Made by a program: the position numbers and the translations under genes. Under the pieces are notes generated by a model that had not been told where the DNA came from, ran no database searches, and saw only the letters and a program-made list of their open reading frames with translations. Below are positions 23,611 to 35,766 of a stretch of 51,309 bases of DNA, piece by piece. The stretch is from Octopus bimaculoides (Eukaryota). The stretch lies in NCBI RefSeq assembly GCF_001194135.2, contig NC_069007.1, positions 22,276,792 through 22,328,100 on the forward strand. Reading direction: 5' to 3'. Every line of letters starts with the position of its first letter. Positions within the stretch are counted from its first letter, which is position 1.

Positions 23611-24580
23611 TCAGGCTATAGACTGTGCCAACCAATGTACCTTTTCTTGTTAAGATAACAGAGACAAGGAGAGAAGGTTCGCTATTGTTTCTCGCAGAAC
23701 AAACGACCACATACAAGATTTCTGGTCGACTTGTGTGTGTGTGTGTGTGTGTGTATTCAAGAATATGTGTAGCGCATACATGTGTGCATGTAGTTATGTG
23801 TGCATACATGTATGTACATACGTATGTGTGTGTACGCGTGTCAGCGCGCATGCTTGTGTGTATGTATGAATGAATGTGTGTGTGCATGTGTATGCTTGTA
23901 TGTGCATGCGTGCGCTCTTGCACGCCTGCCTGTATGGGTGTTTGTGTGTATTTATTCGTGTGTATGTCCATGTATGTGTGTATCCTTCTACGTACGTATG
24001 CATGTGTGTATGAATGGATGGATGGCTGTATGTATGTGTGTACGCATGCATGTAAGCGTATGTATGTATGTATGTATGTATGCGCGTGTCCTTGTGCTTA
24101 GAGGTATCTTTTCATAATTCAAAGGGTTTATTTTCTGTCCGTCTTCCTTAAGGCGTTTTGCAAGCGCAGAGCGATTTTCTATGGTTTTACCTGTTGTTGC
24201 TCAATGCAGGTGCAGTTGCAGGGATACGTGTGCATTTTATTGTTTGCAACACTGAGAGGAGGGGCTTTCATATTACATTACACTGGTTGCTGTACATTAA
24301 CAGTCTGGGGTTGTTTCGCTAAAAGCCAAAATTTCCGTTCCATTCCAATATGTATTGGTTTACAAAGCTTAAAGGGTAGCTCTGTCATTGATCGGGATTT
24401 TGAGTTTAGGGCAATTTTAAGGATTTTGTGGTCCAGAATTTATTAGACTTCCTCCTTGTTTCTCAGAGCATGGCTACATAATAAGTCAATGTTAATTTTT
24501 CTTCTTACGTTGTTAGAATTTTCTGTACATTTTCCCAGACATTTAGAAAATTCCCTCTTCTCCCACAGTGGTGTAGTTGG

Positions 24581-24868
24581 AATGTGTGCTGCTTGGGGCC
24601 CTCACGTCCACTCTGCCGGGCCCCTCATATAAACAGTCTTACGCAGCAGACTCAAAAGTGACGTCCCCATAAAATACATATCCAGGGGTAGTCCCCCTTT
24701 GGTCCTGTACTCCGGACCTCAACAATATAGAGGTTCACACAGCAGACCCGACAGTGTCATGCCTGTAAAATCATCTCCCGTGGTAATCCACCCCTCGCTC
24801 CCCGACTCTGGATCCTCACAATATAGACGTTTATACAGTTGACCCGAAATTGTCATCCCCGCAATAAA
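24581..24868. repeat. Three diverged 96-bp tandem units
   Basis: Anchor CAGCAGAC/CAGCAGAC/CAGTTGAC at 24644, 24740 and 24836 (exact 96-bp period). Confidence 0.8.
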
Positions 24869-25134
24869 GCGTTACCCGGGGTTCAATGCCTCCTGCCGCC
24901 TAACCCTTCTGGTCCCCATATTGTCTTTTATTTTACTCTTTTTCTTCTTCACCATCTTTCTGTTTGTTCCCAACACCTTTTTCTTCATCGCCTTTTTCTT
25001 AAAATCAATTTTGCGCCCTCCCTCTTGTTTTTGTTTTTTTATCATCCAATCCTTTTCTTTTCCTAAAGAGTGCCGCCTTGGGCTTTTATGTCACTATTTG
25101 GTGTGTGCCATTTTTGTGGACATATTCTGTTATT

Positions 25135-25556
25135 GGCACAAACAGCACCGCCACCAGCAGCAGCACCACCACAGCCACCATTGTCATTACTACCACAACC
25201 AGTGTCGCCAACACCACCACTGCCACCATGGTCGCTATTAGCATTGCAACCATCATCATCAACAACACTACAACAGTCATTACTCCGCCACCACCACCAC
25301 CACCACCACCAGAAGGAGGATCTACACGGTCGCTCGTCCCGCTAGAAACAGCAGACAAATCTCCCCTCAAATTCCTAATCCCAGTAAGGATGGATACATT
25401 GGAATACGGCTGGAATACCTTTAGTCAGAGGNNNNNNNNNNNNNNNNNNNNNNNNNNNNNNNNNNNNNNNNNNNNNNNNNNNNNNNNNNNNNNNNNNGGG
25501 TTAAATACCACCACCACCACCACCATCGCCGCCGCTGCAACAGTACTGCTTCTATC

Positions 25557-25587
<31 letters not shown>

Positions 25588-25960
25588 CTATATGCTCACT
25601 ATAACACTACTACCGTCGCCATACCATCCACACAATTACGCTCATAGCACTACTACTACTATCACCACCACCACCACTATCACCACCACCAACACCACCA
25701 CCGCAACAATCATCAACACCACAATCGTCACCACCACCACCACCACCAACACTACTGCCACCGCCCTCATCACCGCCTCCAACACCACCTCTACTTTTGA
25801 TCACAGGCCAGCAATATCAGAACCAGCCTTGGGCTAAACAATAACACCGCCACCACCAACACCACCACCACCTCCACCAGCTTGACCATCAGCACAACCA
25901 CTATCCCACCATCGCCACCATTTCCACTAAAGCACCTGTCATACCATCTTCAGAACATCC
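25135..25960. repeat. (CAC)n/(CAT)n low-complexity tract with family E stub
   Basis: Seen directly; stub at 25796-25839. Confidence 0.85.
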
Positions 25961-26190
25961 ACCGCCAATCCACTCACACGACCATCATATCCGATTTTGT
26001 AGATTTCTAGCTAGAAGCTACATGATGTTGTTGGAAATGGTGGTGACGGTGTGGTGGCGGTGTGGTGGTGGTGGCTTTGTTTTTCTTCTCAGGTGGCGTA
26101 TGTATTTGAGTGGATGCATTTACACACGCGAGTGCACACACGCACGCATCTATCTATCTATCGATCTATCTGTCTGTCTGTCTATCTATT

Positions 26191-26224
<34 letters not shown>

Positions 26225-26439
26225 TATATAAACCCGTATGTATATATGTATTTGTGCGTGTGTATACACACACACACACACGTTAAACAGACTGTGCCAC
26301 GAGGGATCCCAAAATGTAAACCTTTATGTGCTGGTGGCTGTTCGATCTACTAGAAAACGCTTTAAATGAACATAAACCCGGTTGGCTTTAATAATAATAA
26401 CAGTAATTATAATATTAATAATAATAATTTGGAATAAAA

Positions 26440-26692
26440 GACGGGCTATAGCAAATATTCTGCTCAATACCACAGATTTGCTTGTCAGTTGTTTGACCTT
26501 AACCAGTTGAGCATGTCCCTTGGTGGCTGACGATCATGAAGCAGGAATAGTGGGGGAGCATCAAAGCCATGTGTTGAGAGGAATTCTTTGGGATTTGAAT
26601 AATTCACCTCTGGAAACATTGGTGTTTCGTTCAACATCCTTAAACAACCCGTATTCGGGTTCTTTCGAGCAGGACGGGCTACTCGACCTATG
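26440..26692 (+). mobile_element. Family F retroposon fragment preceded by (TAA)n
   Basis: Homologous to 5578-5702; TAA-rich run at 26388-26430. Confidence 0.6.
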
Positions 26693-27133
26693 AGACTCAA
26701 AAACTTGTGTTGACATCAACCGCACACATTCTCAGGAGCTTCTTCCCCTCTAATATATATGTGCCTTAGGTCTCTGGTTGAGACCCGGTCAGAGCATGGA
26801 ATAAAATGCAATTCAATCGGAAAATAATAATAACAATAATAATAATGATGATGATGATGATGATGATAAATAGGCATTCAACAATGTAGTCTTTGATTCC
26901 TTGAAAAACAGATAAAACGACTGATAGTAGCTGGATACCTTTTGATCACAAATCTCTTAGATCACGGTTGGCCTCGGGTTAAACAACAGCAACAACAACA
27001 ACGAAGGCTGTCCTATGAGTGAGATGCTTTTTGAGACTATTAATTTTTAAACAGTCATGTACTTATATATCTATACACACACATATACGCGTATGTGCAT
27101 ACATACATACATATATATGGGTACTACTAAAGC

Positions 27134-27301
27134 AGCGCGGACCCGAACGCGCAGTCGCGTGTCCGCGCTAGCTAGTCTTGAGTGGTCGATCCTAACCCTA
27201 ACCCTATCCCTAACCCGCGTGTGCAAATGAATACGCGTTTAGGGTTAGGGTTAGGGTTAGGAATAGGGTTAGGGTTAGGATCGACTACTCACGACTAGCT
27301 A
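27134..27301. repeat. Inverted-repeat element containing telomeric (CCCTAA)n and (TTAGGG)n repeats
   Basis: 39-bp arms 27169-27207 and 27263-27301 (2 mismatches), plus GC-rich hairpin 27134-27169; runs into a gap. Confidence 0.9.
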
Positions 27302-27880
27302 NNNNNNNNNNNNNNNNNNNNNNNNNNNNNNNNNNNNNNNNNNNNNNNNNNNNNNNNNNNNNNNNNNNNNNNNNNNNNNNNNNNNNNNNNNNNNNNNNNN
27401 NNNNNNNNNNNNNNNNNNNNNNNNNNNNNNNNNNNNNNNNNNNNNNNNNNNNNNNNNNNNNNNNNNNNNNNNNNNNNNNNNNNNNNNNNNNNNNNNNNNN
27501 NNNNNNNNNNNNNNNNNNNNNNNNNNNNNNNNNNNNNNNNNNNNNNNNNNNNNNNNNNNNNNNNNNNNNNNNNNNNNNNNNNNNNNNNNNNNNNNNNNNN
27601 NNNNNNNNNNNNNNNNNNNNNNNNNNNNNNNNNNNNNNNNNNNNNNNNNNNNNNNNNNNNNNNNNNNNNNNNNNNNNNNNNNNNNNNNNNNNNNNNNNNN
27701 NNNNNNNNNNNNNNNNNNNNNNNNNNNNNNNNNNNNNNNNNNNNNNNNNNNNNNNNNNNNNNNNNNNNNNNNNNNNNNNNNNNNNNNNNNNNNNCTGGCT
27801 CTTTGGGGAATGATTTTTGACTGCGAGAAGTCCCAGGTTCAAAGCCCGGACGAGTCCAAGATTTCTCTATTTATAGATTT

Positions 27881-28100
27881 AGGCATGGCTGTGTGGTAAG
27901 AATTTTGCTTCCCAATCACACGGTTCTGCGTTCAGTCCCACTGCGGGCAAGCCCGTCGTGCATCTATCTATCTGTGTGTGTGTGTGTGTGTGTGTTGTCT
28001 CCCACCACCGCTTGACAACCGGTGCTGGTTTGTTGACGTCCCCGTAACTCAGCAGTTCGGCTATAAGAAACAGATAGAATAAGTATCAGGCTAAAAAAAA
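27881..28100 (+). mobile_element. SINE family A with internal deletion
   Basis: AGGCATGGCTGTGTGGTAAGAATTTTGCTTCCC...GTTCAGTCCCACTGCG, (TG)n, then CTTGACAACCGGTG. Confidence 0.85.
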
Positions 28101-28379
28101 AAAAGAAAAAAAAACGCAAGCACAAAGGTCGAGGTTGACTTTTGTTTAAAAAGGGTGCATAAAAGGAACAAGATCTGTCGGACGATTTACAGAGAGCTAC
28201 TCCGGATCTTTGCCGACTGATTTTTTCAAATTCCCTTCCCCATGATCTCTCCTGGTCTGTGATATTCAAGACACTCGGCGTCGCATAGGGAGCTTTCCAT
28301 GGACGGGATCATACTGATTTGAACGGGCAAACACTGGCTCAACATGGCTGGGCATAGACTTGCAGTTTCTATACTCTTA

Positions 28380-28530
28380 CCCAGGAGTAGTTAAATCGAT
28401 TACATCGACCCCCAAATACTCAACTGATACTTATTTTATCGACTTCGAAAGGATGAAAGACAAAGTCAACCTCGGCGGAATTAGAACTCAGAATGTAAGG
28501 ACGGAGTAAATACCACTAAGCATTTCGCTC
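28380..28530 (-). mobile_element. SINE family B
   Basis: TCGATTACATCGACCCC...CGAAAGGATGAAAGACAAAGTCAACCTCGGCGGAAT. Confidence 0.8.
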
Positions 28531-28592
28531 GTTTGCCTTAGGGTGCACGGAGGAAAATGTTCGTACAAGCTGCAAATATTTTATACATAAAA

Positions 28593-28770
28593 GCAAGCTG
28601 ACAGAAGCGTTAGCATGCTGAGCATTAAAAAAAACGAAATACTTAGCTGCATTTCATGAGCTTTTACGTTCCGAATTCATCTTCTGCCCGGTTCACCTTT
28701 GCTTTTTATCTATTCGAAGTCCATAAAATAAAAACCAGTTGAACACTGGAGTCGATGTAGTCGACTAACT
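28593..28770 (+). mobile_element. SINE family B, diverged
   Basis: AGCTGACAGAAGCGTTAGC...ACTGGAGTCGATGTAGTCGACT. Confidence 0.6.
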
Positions 28771-28924
28771 CTCTCACGTAAAATTATAGGCTTTTTGACT
28801 ATTATAGAGAAATTTTATACACGAACTTCTACCATTAGACGGCCATAGTTTACTAAATAAATAGTCCAGCTCAATAAAGACCGAAGTCTGCTGTTAGATT
28901 CGTAGAATCTCTTCCAAAGTAAAT

Positions 28925-29125
28925 TTAACATGTAATGTTTATTTATTCACATTGTTTTAAATTAATCGTGCAGGATTTCGTAGCTATGAGATTTCAATGA
29001 CGTGGTTGTTTGTTTTTAGAATGACATCGTAGGGTAGACGTGATCCCCTGAACCTTGCCAGTTTGAACGTAAACCAGGTAGAATATTTGAGCCGGGTATG
29101 ACCGGTTTCAATGCTAAAGGGTTAA
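28925..29125 (-). mobile_element. piggyBac-like MITE, one end missing
   Basis: Ends AATGCTAAAGGG|TTAA (29110-29125); body matches the reverse of 47177-47396. Confidence 0.75.
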
Positions 29126-29234
29126 GGTGTATAATGCTATCAATTCACAAACCTTAGCTGCAGCATATCCTATGCTTACGAACAATTCCTGCTCGTCGTT
29201 TGCTAACTTAAACAAATAATTGCACAATAACCAA

Positions 29235-29485
29235 GATTTTCTAGCACGGCTTATGTGGGCGCGTGGAGTGTTGTATTCATAATCGTTAGACTCTTGTGGG
29301 TTCGATTCGTGGAGTGGCGGTGCGCTGCTTTATTTATTTATTTTTTTTTTTAACAAAACACTTCATTTCACGTTACTCCATTTCACTCAGCTGTAAATGG
29401 GTAACTTTGCGACGGATTAACCTTCCGATCAAGGTGAACGTTGGCCTGGTCGCCTAGCCAGCGGGTTGGCATCATTCAGAAGCTA
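29235..29485 (+). mobile_element. tRNA-derived SINE (family C-like), diverged
   Basis: GGGTTCGATTC B-box-like; AAAACACTTCATTTCACGTTACTCC...CAGCTGTAAATGGGTA. Confidence 0.6.
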
Positions 29486-29807
29486 ATAAAAAAAAAAAAT
29501 ACTATGCATAGCGCATTGTGACCAGCGATGTATAATATACGATGATCGATCAAGTGATTATGTGATATATATATATATATATATATATTAGGCAAAGAGC
29601 ACAAAAAGAAAACAACATGCTTAAAAAAAAAGGAAATAATTTTGACGCTTCGGACGCAGTTAATTGGAATTTCAAGAATGTTTCTGCTTTAAGTGTGATA
29701 CACAGATTGCCATTTATACGCACGCACACCAGCTGCGTCTCTTTTGCAATTATTCTAGATTCCACTACAACTACTACTACTATAAATAATAATAATAACA
29801 ATAATAA

Positions 29808-30145
29808 GCAAGGTAACCAGATATGATTGCAGAAGTCAAAAGGAACAAACGATGTGAGATGATACACTTTGCAATATTATATAAAAGTGGAGTGGATACC
29901 AAAGAAATTGAAAAACTCAAGAAATATGAGGGCGTAACGAGAAAGATGAAGAAATGAAGGAGGAGTAAGATGCTAATTATGCTTGTGCTAATTGGTGCAC
30001 TTGGCACAACACGCAAATACTACCAAAGAGGTTGAAGAATATTGGGTTTGAAACTCACTTTATTGACCTAGAAAAAAAATGCAATCCTGTAATCTAGAAG
30101 AATCTTAAGATTCTTATAATTTGAGAAGACTTGTTGTTACCAAAC
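29808..30145 (+). mobile_element. R4/Dong-like RLE C-terminus, second and older copy
   Basis: AR*PDMIAEVKRNKRCEMIHFAI..DTKEIEKLKKY..VLIGALGTT, then (frameshift) LPKRLKNIG; preceded by (AAT)n at 29785-29806. Confidence 0.75.
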
Positions 30146-30344
30146 CTCCAAACAAGTCTATATATGTGTATGTTTGTGTGTGCCTGTGTGTATGTATATG
30201 TTGGTGTGTGTGTGTGTGTATGTATGTATGTAGTGTATGTATGTATGTTCTCTTTCTCTTCTTAAATTAGAATAAACTTTGACCAGCCAACTGCTTGTAC
30301 TTACATGTATATATATGTATATATATATAGTTTTTGTTAATGTT

Positions 30345-30530
30345 TATTTCACTTGTACAGGAGCCAGTCCAGCAGCACTGGCAATGCTCTTGCTCGAATG
30401 TTCTTTTCCATGTGCCAGTAAGGCAACGCTGGTAATGATTACGCTTGAATGGTGCTTTTTATGTGCCACCGGCACGGGGGCCAGTTAGCAGCCCTGGCAA
30501 TGATCATCCCCAGATGGTGCTCTTAGCACA
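30345..30530 (-). mobile_element. Family D (RTE-type 3' region) fragment
   Basis: GGTGCTTTTTATGTGCCACCGGCACGGGGGCCAG, as at 2140-2175. Confidence 0.6.
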
Positions 30531-30830
30531 CATATATATATATACATACACATATATGGCAAATGAATGTGCGTATATATATATATATATATATATACGC
30601 ACATATACACATATATATATACATATACAAACATACATACATACATACACAGACACATATAATATACACATGAGTGTGTGCAGAATAGCCAGAGGAGTCA
30701 GTTATTGTGAAGACGTCAATACATTGTCAAGATACTGTGTGTGACAAACATATTTCCAATAATTCACCATTTTAATCAATACATATCATGTATATCACTG
30801 CATTCTACACACAACTCTTCCACTCCACCG

Positions 30831-30905
30831 ATGTGTGTGTTTGTGCATGTGTGTGTTTGTGCATGTGTGTGTTTGTGCATGTGTGTGTTTGTGCATGTGT
30901 GTGTA
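30831..30905. repeat. 16-bp minisatellite ATGTGTGTGTTTGTGC x4
   Basis: Seen directly. Confidence 0.9.
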
Positions 30906-31399
30906 TGGCTGCAGTCCAATAACAGAAGCAAGTAAAATTTTATATATATACATATATATATANNNNNNNNNNNNNNNNNNNNNNNNNNNNNNNNNNNNNN
31001 NNNNNNNNNNNNNNNNNNNNNNNNNNNNNNNNNNNNNNNNNNNNNNNNNNNNNNNNNNNNNNNNNNNNNNNNNNNNNNNNNNNNNNNNNNNNNNNNNNNN
31101 NNNNNNNNNNNNNNNNNNNNNNNNNNNNNNNNNNNNNNNNNNNNNNNNNNNNNNNNNNNNNNNNNNNNNNNNNNNNNNNNNNNNNNNNNNNNNNNNNNNN
31201 NNNNNNNNNNNNNNNNNNNNNNNNNNNNNNNNNNNNNNNNNNNNNNNNNNNNNNNNNNNNNNNNNNNNNNNNNNNNNNNNNNNNNNNNNNNNNNNNNNNN
31301 NNNNNNNNNNNNNNNNNNNNNNNNNNNNNNNTATATATACATACATATATATACATATACAAGGATATCCAAAGTTAGATAGATAAATAGATAGAGAGA

Positions 31400-31445
<46 letters not shown>

Positions 31446-32018
31446 TATATGGAGAGAGGGAGAAAGAAAATGCAATCGATGCAGTTATCTGTAGGTATTG
31501 TCTTCTTAACATGCATCCATTCATCTAACAATTCCAGTATTCAACTGCTCTAATCAGGAGAGCAACATACACACACATATTTAATCTGACTTCATGCCAC
31601 AAGTTATCTCACATCTCCCTATTCTCCTTCCTTTTTAAATCCATCCCCCATTCTCAATATCATCCCGTCCCCTCTTTTCCACCAACCACCCCTTTCTGTC
31701 CGTCCCCAACATATACTTTAGAAACTGCTGTCACTCCCATCTTTCACACTCTCTCTCTCTCTTGTCTGCTGTCATATCTGTCATCAACAGCTTCCCATGA
31801 CCAACTCTCTCTCTCCCACTCACTATATCCACCCTTACTTACCTCTTACATCCATCTCTGTCACTGTACAACTTACTCTTTCTTGCATTTCCCACTCCCC
31901 CATCTCCTGCACCTTATCTACATATATTCTGATCTAGCTATGGATTTGAGAGTGCATGTTTCACTGCCATAAATCATTCCAGACAGGATGTACACTGTCC
32001 TTGTGAACACCTTTCATT

Positions 32019-32210
32019 GCAGCCCAGCAGAAAATGGAATGAATCATGCTGAGTATCACATTGCAGAACAAGGAAACCAATGCCTGGATTTGGAATTACA
32101 TCATAAGAGCCATAAAGGAAAACAAATAGAGATGGGTTGGCCATAACAGATGGATAGGCAGGGTGACTGAGTGGATGCCAAGACAATGGACAAGATTAAG
32201 AGGCTGACCC
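32019..32210 (+). mobile_element. RTE LINE C-terminal fragment, decayed
   Basis: QQKME*IMLSITLQNKETNAWIW..IKENK*RWVGH..RWIGRVTEWMPRQWTRLRG*P resembles the RTE RWAGH..WxPR...RGRP motif. Confidence 0.75.
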
Positions 32211-32935
32211 TTTCTATTCTTACCTTCCTCTTCAAGTGATGCTTGAAGAAGTTGATGAGAGGTTCGCCAGAGAGGAAAGTGTTTGCCTCTAAACCTTTTG
32301 CATGAGTCTACCACACACATTCTTTCACCATGGCCACCAGTACAATGAAAACTGCCTTGCCTTCCCGGTTAAACGATAGACTTGACCGACAACCAAATCT
32401 GTCCCACACATAACAACAGCCGTTTGACAGGTCTAAAATGTTTGGACATTGCATGAGTGCATGCAGAACAGTTTTGTCGTTCTGACCGCATCTTGAGCAA
32501 GTCGGTCTGATGTTTCTTGAACTTTGCTCTGTAGAGCTTATCCCAAACTGGCAATGATTCCTGATAACACTGCTATGCCAGGTATCTCTGAAAATTGTCC
32601 ATAGGTCCCGGCCCGAAAGTGGTCCTGAAGAGTCGGGCCAGGAATTCTTTGTTGATGCCCAGGGTCTCCTCAAGAACGTTGTCGCACCTCCCCTCCACTA
32701 ATCCTCTATAGAACGCCTTTGTAGAACTGAAGTCACACAAGTTTGATCTTGGATGGCAGAGTTGCTCAAGAGCATGGCGACACTCATAGTACCATTTGCC
32801 CAGCCTTGGTCTCTGTTTGGTCCACGATTGCAGTTCGGTCAAAGAGACAAGCTGCAGGAAGGTGTGTCTCACAAACAGCGACCACACCTGCTCACTGTCA
32901 TCTAGAGATGTCAGAGTCTCAGTGCATGTCTGTGC
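32211..32935 (-). mobile_element. L1/Tx1-like LINE ORF2 C-terminal region with CCHC-like motif
   Basis: FYRGLVEGRCDNVLEETLG..TFGPGPMDNFQRYLA..PTCSRCGQNDKTVLHALMQCP (Cx2C..H..C)..NREGKAVFIVLVAMVKE..LINFFKHHLKRKVRIER; frameshifted. Confidence 0.85.
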
Positions 32936-33270
32936 ATCATTAACCCTCGGATGGAGGGAGGGATGGATGGATGGATGGATAGATATATATAGACAGGTAT
33001 ATGGGTAGATAGATTGATGGCTGGATGGATGGAGGGAGGGCAGGATGGATAGATAGATACAGATAGATACAAAGACAGACAGACACATAGATAAAGATAT
33101 ACGCTTGTGTGTGTGTGTGTGTCAGTGATGTTATAAATTTTTATATATGTTCTTAGATTTTGTTTGTTGGTGCACGTGCATGTGTGCGTGTGCTCATGTA
33201 CTTGCATGTATGTGCATCTCTGTCTCTGTATGTGCATCTCTGTCGCTGTATGTGCATACATGTATATATA

Positions 33271-33309
33271 TATAAACACATAATTTACAAACATATGCAT
33301 ATATATATA

Positions 33310-33365
<56 letters not shown>

Positions 33366-33406
33366 TATATATATATATGCATATGTTTGTAAATTATGTG
33401 TTTATA
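33271..33406. repeat. Fold-back palindrome centred on (AT)n
   Basis: TATAAACACATAATTTACAAACATATGCAT is exactly complementary to 33377-33406. Confidence 0.9.
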
Positions 33407-33700
33407 TTTACATATATGTATGTATATATGCAGGTACGTGTGTGCATGAATGAGAGAGATGGAAAGAGGGGATAGCAATAATAACCTCAGGATCTGAAGA
33501 TTTCAGTTTCATTATGGTGGCCCCTTTCTTAACGCTAGTTGCTCTCCCTTCTCTCTCTCCCTCTCTCTCCTTTCACACACCTCTTCATATTCGTTCATTC
33601 TTTCCTCTTTTCCTTGCACTCTTTTCTCCTTTAACTCTTTCTCTTTATTCCTCTTTGCTCTCTTTTATCTCCCTTTACTTTCCTCCCCCTTATTCTTTCT

Positions 33701-33744
<44 letters not shown>

Positions 33745-33863
33745 ATCTATCTCTTTATCTTTCTATCAATGTAACTACATATAATATCTATCAATCCACC
33801 AATCTATCTACTTATCTATCTATCTATCTATCTCTCTCTCTCTCTCTCTCTATACGTGTGTAT

Positions 33864-33927
<64 letters not shown>

Positions 33928-34002
33928 AAGCACATAAATGTGAAATAAGGTGTGAAAAATAGTACTGGAATACCAGAGGTAGAGTAATATGCTTAATTAA
34001 TA

Positions 34003-34118
34003 AAGCTGCAAAGACATCACAAAGACTGTTACTCAGTGTTTCATATTCCTGTTCATTGGACAGGATGAAGAGGAACGTGAAACTCTGAGTAACAGATTTT
34101 GTGATGTCTTTGCAGCTT
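34003..34118. repeat. 116-bp hairpin (54-bp arms, 8-nt loop, 6 mismatches)
   Basis: Arms 34003-34056 and 34065-34118 aligned by hand. Confidence 0.9.
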
Positions 34119-34825
34119 CGTTAATAAAGTGTGTCTATATATATATATATATATACCACCTGTCCTCGTCTGTTGTTATTTTTTGTATAATCTCCCATAT
34201 ATATATATATATATATATATATACATGTGTGTGCGTATATCAGTACAGACACACACACACACATATCTTCTCCCCTTTCCTTTCTCCTTCCCATTATCTT
34301 CTTCCTTTCCTTTTCACCTTCTCCTTTCTCTTCCTTCGTCTTCACTCTCCCTCTCTCTCTCTTCTTCTTCTTTTCCATCAATGGATGCTACTCTCACCCA
34401 CTAGCCCTCTCCCATTGCACTCCCCTCCATTCTCCCAATAATCGACCAACTTTAGCTATCTTCTTTCCGATCTGACAACGGACATTGATTGCCCTCAATT
34501 CACTTAACCTACCACTACCTATCTCCACCCCCGGCTCTCTCTGTTTCTCTTTCCTCTTCTCTCTCTCTCTCTCTCTCCCTCTCTCCACAGTAATTTCTCA
34601 ATCACCACCACCACCACCACCACTGCTGCTGCTGCCACTAACATAACTACTCCTACAACCACTACCATTAACACTCCAAAGGTGACCAACAAAATTAACA
34701 CTGATACAACGACTAGCATCATCATCTCCATCACTAACAACAATAACAATGCGACCACCACCACTAACACACTGTAAAACTTTGTGCTTTAGGCTAACTG
34801 AAGAAGCTAGAAAAGAAAATCAGAG

Positions 34826-34833
34826 AGAGAGAA

Positions 34834-34895
<62 letters not shown>

Positions 34896-34896
34896 C
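34826..34896. repeat. (GA)n microsatellite
   Basis: Seen directly. Confidence 0.95.
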
Positions 34897-35124
34897 TTGA
34901 TTGATATCATAACATCTTTAAACTAAGGTTTATTGACATGACACAATCACACACTTACCTATATAACCACAAACACACACAGGTGGGACAAATCCATAAT
35001 ATAATACGCACGTTTAAAATACATACACAAGTACAGACACACACACACACGTATAAATACATATATCTATCTATTGATCTTTCTAACAATGTCCATCTAT
35101 CTACTTCTCTCTCTCTCTACTCTT

Positions 35125-35243
<119 letters not shown>

Positions 35244-35434
35244 AGATACATACATACATACATAGGTTGACTGATTGAGTGAGTGATAGATGAATTGATA
35301 AATAAAGTGATAAACAAATTGATAGATAGATAGTTAGATAAATAGATACATGCATACATACATACACACATGCATTCATGCACAGACAGTTATGGACATG
35401 TGCAGTGTCAGTGTGTATGAATGTCAATCTGATA

Positions 35435-35720
35435 AGCTGTTGAGAAAAATCAGGTGTAAGAGGAATCAGATATAGTGCACAAGAGAGAAGATGGTGCTAG
35501 TTTGGTCATGTGATGCATCTGGCTGAGGACAGCTACATGAAGAAGCATCAGTCACTTAAAGAGGATGGAACTTGAGGAAGAGGAAGGACCAGGAAGACAT
35601 GGGATGAAGTAGAGAAGGCAGATCTCAAGATGCCGACCTTTACAGAAGAGATGACAAAGACCTGCGATGACGATGGATGATTTGCTGTCGTCAAGAAGAC
35701 ACCAACCATCAGAGCAAAAC
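35435..35720 (+). mobile_element. RTE LINE 3' end, decayed
   Basis: REKSGVRGIRYSAQERRWC*FGHVMH..GRGRTRKTWDEVEKADLK resembles the RTE LRWFGHV..GRGRPRKTW motif. Confidence 0.8.
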
Positions 35721-35766
35721 GGATGTCCTAAAAGCACTTTGTGTTAGCTTGTAACCCATTCTGAAT

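Noticed and set aside
27169-27301. Interpretation as an ancestral chromosome end-to-end fusion site
   Set aside because: Fusions give (TTAGGG)n then (CCCTAA)n; here the order is reversed, the arrays are short, and they are enclosed by non-telomeric inverted arms.
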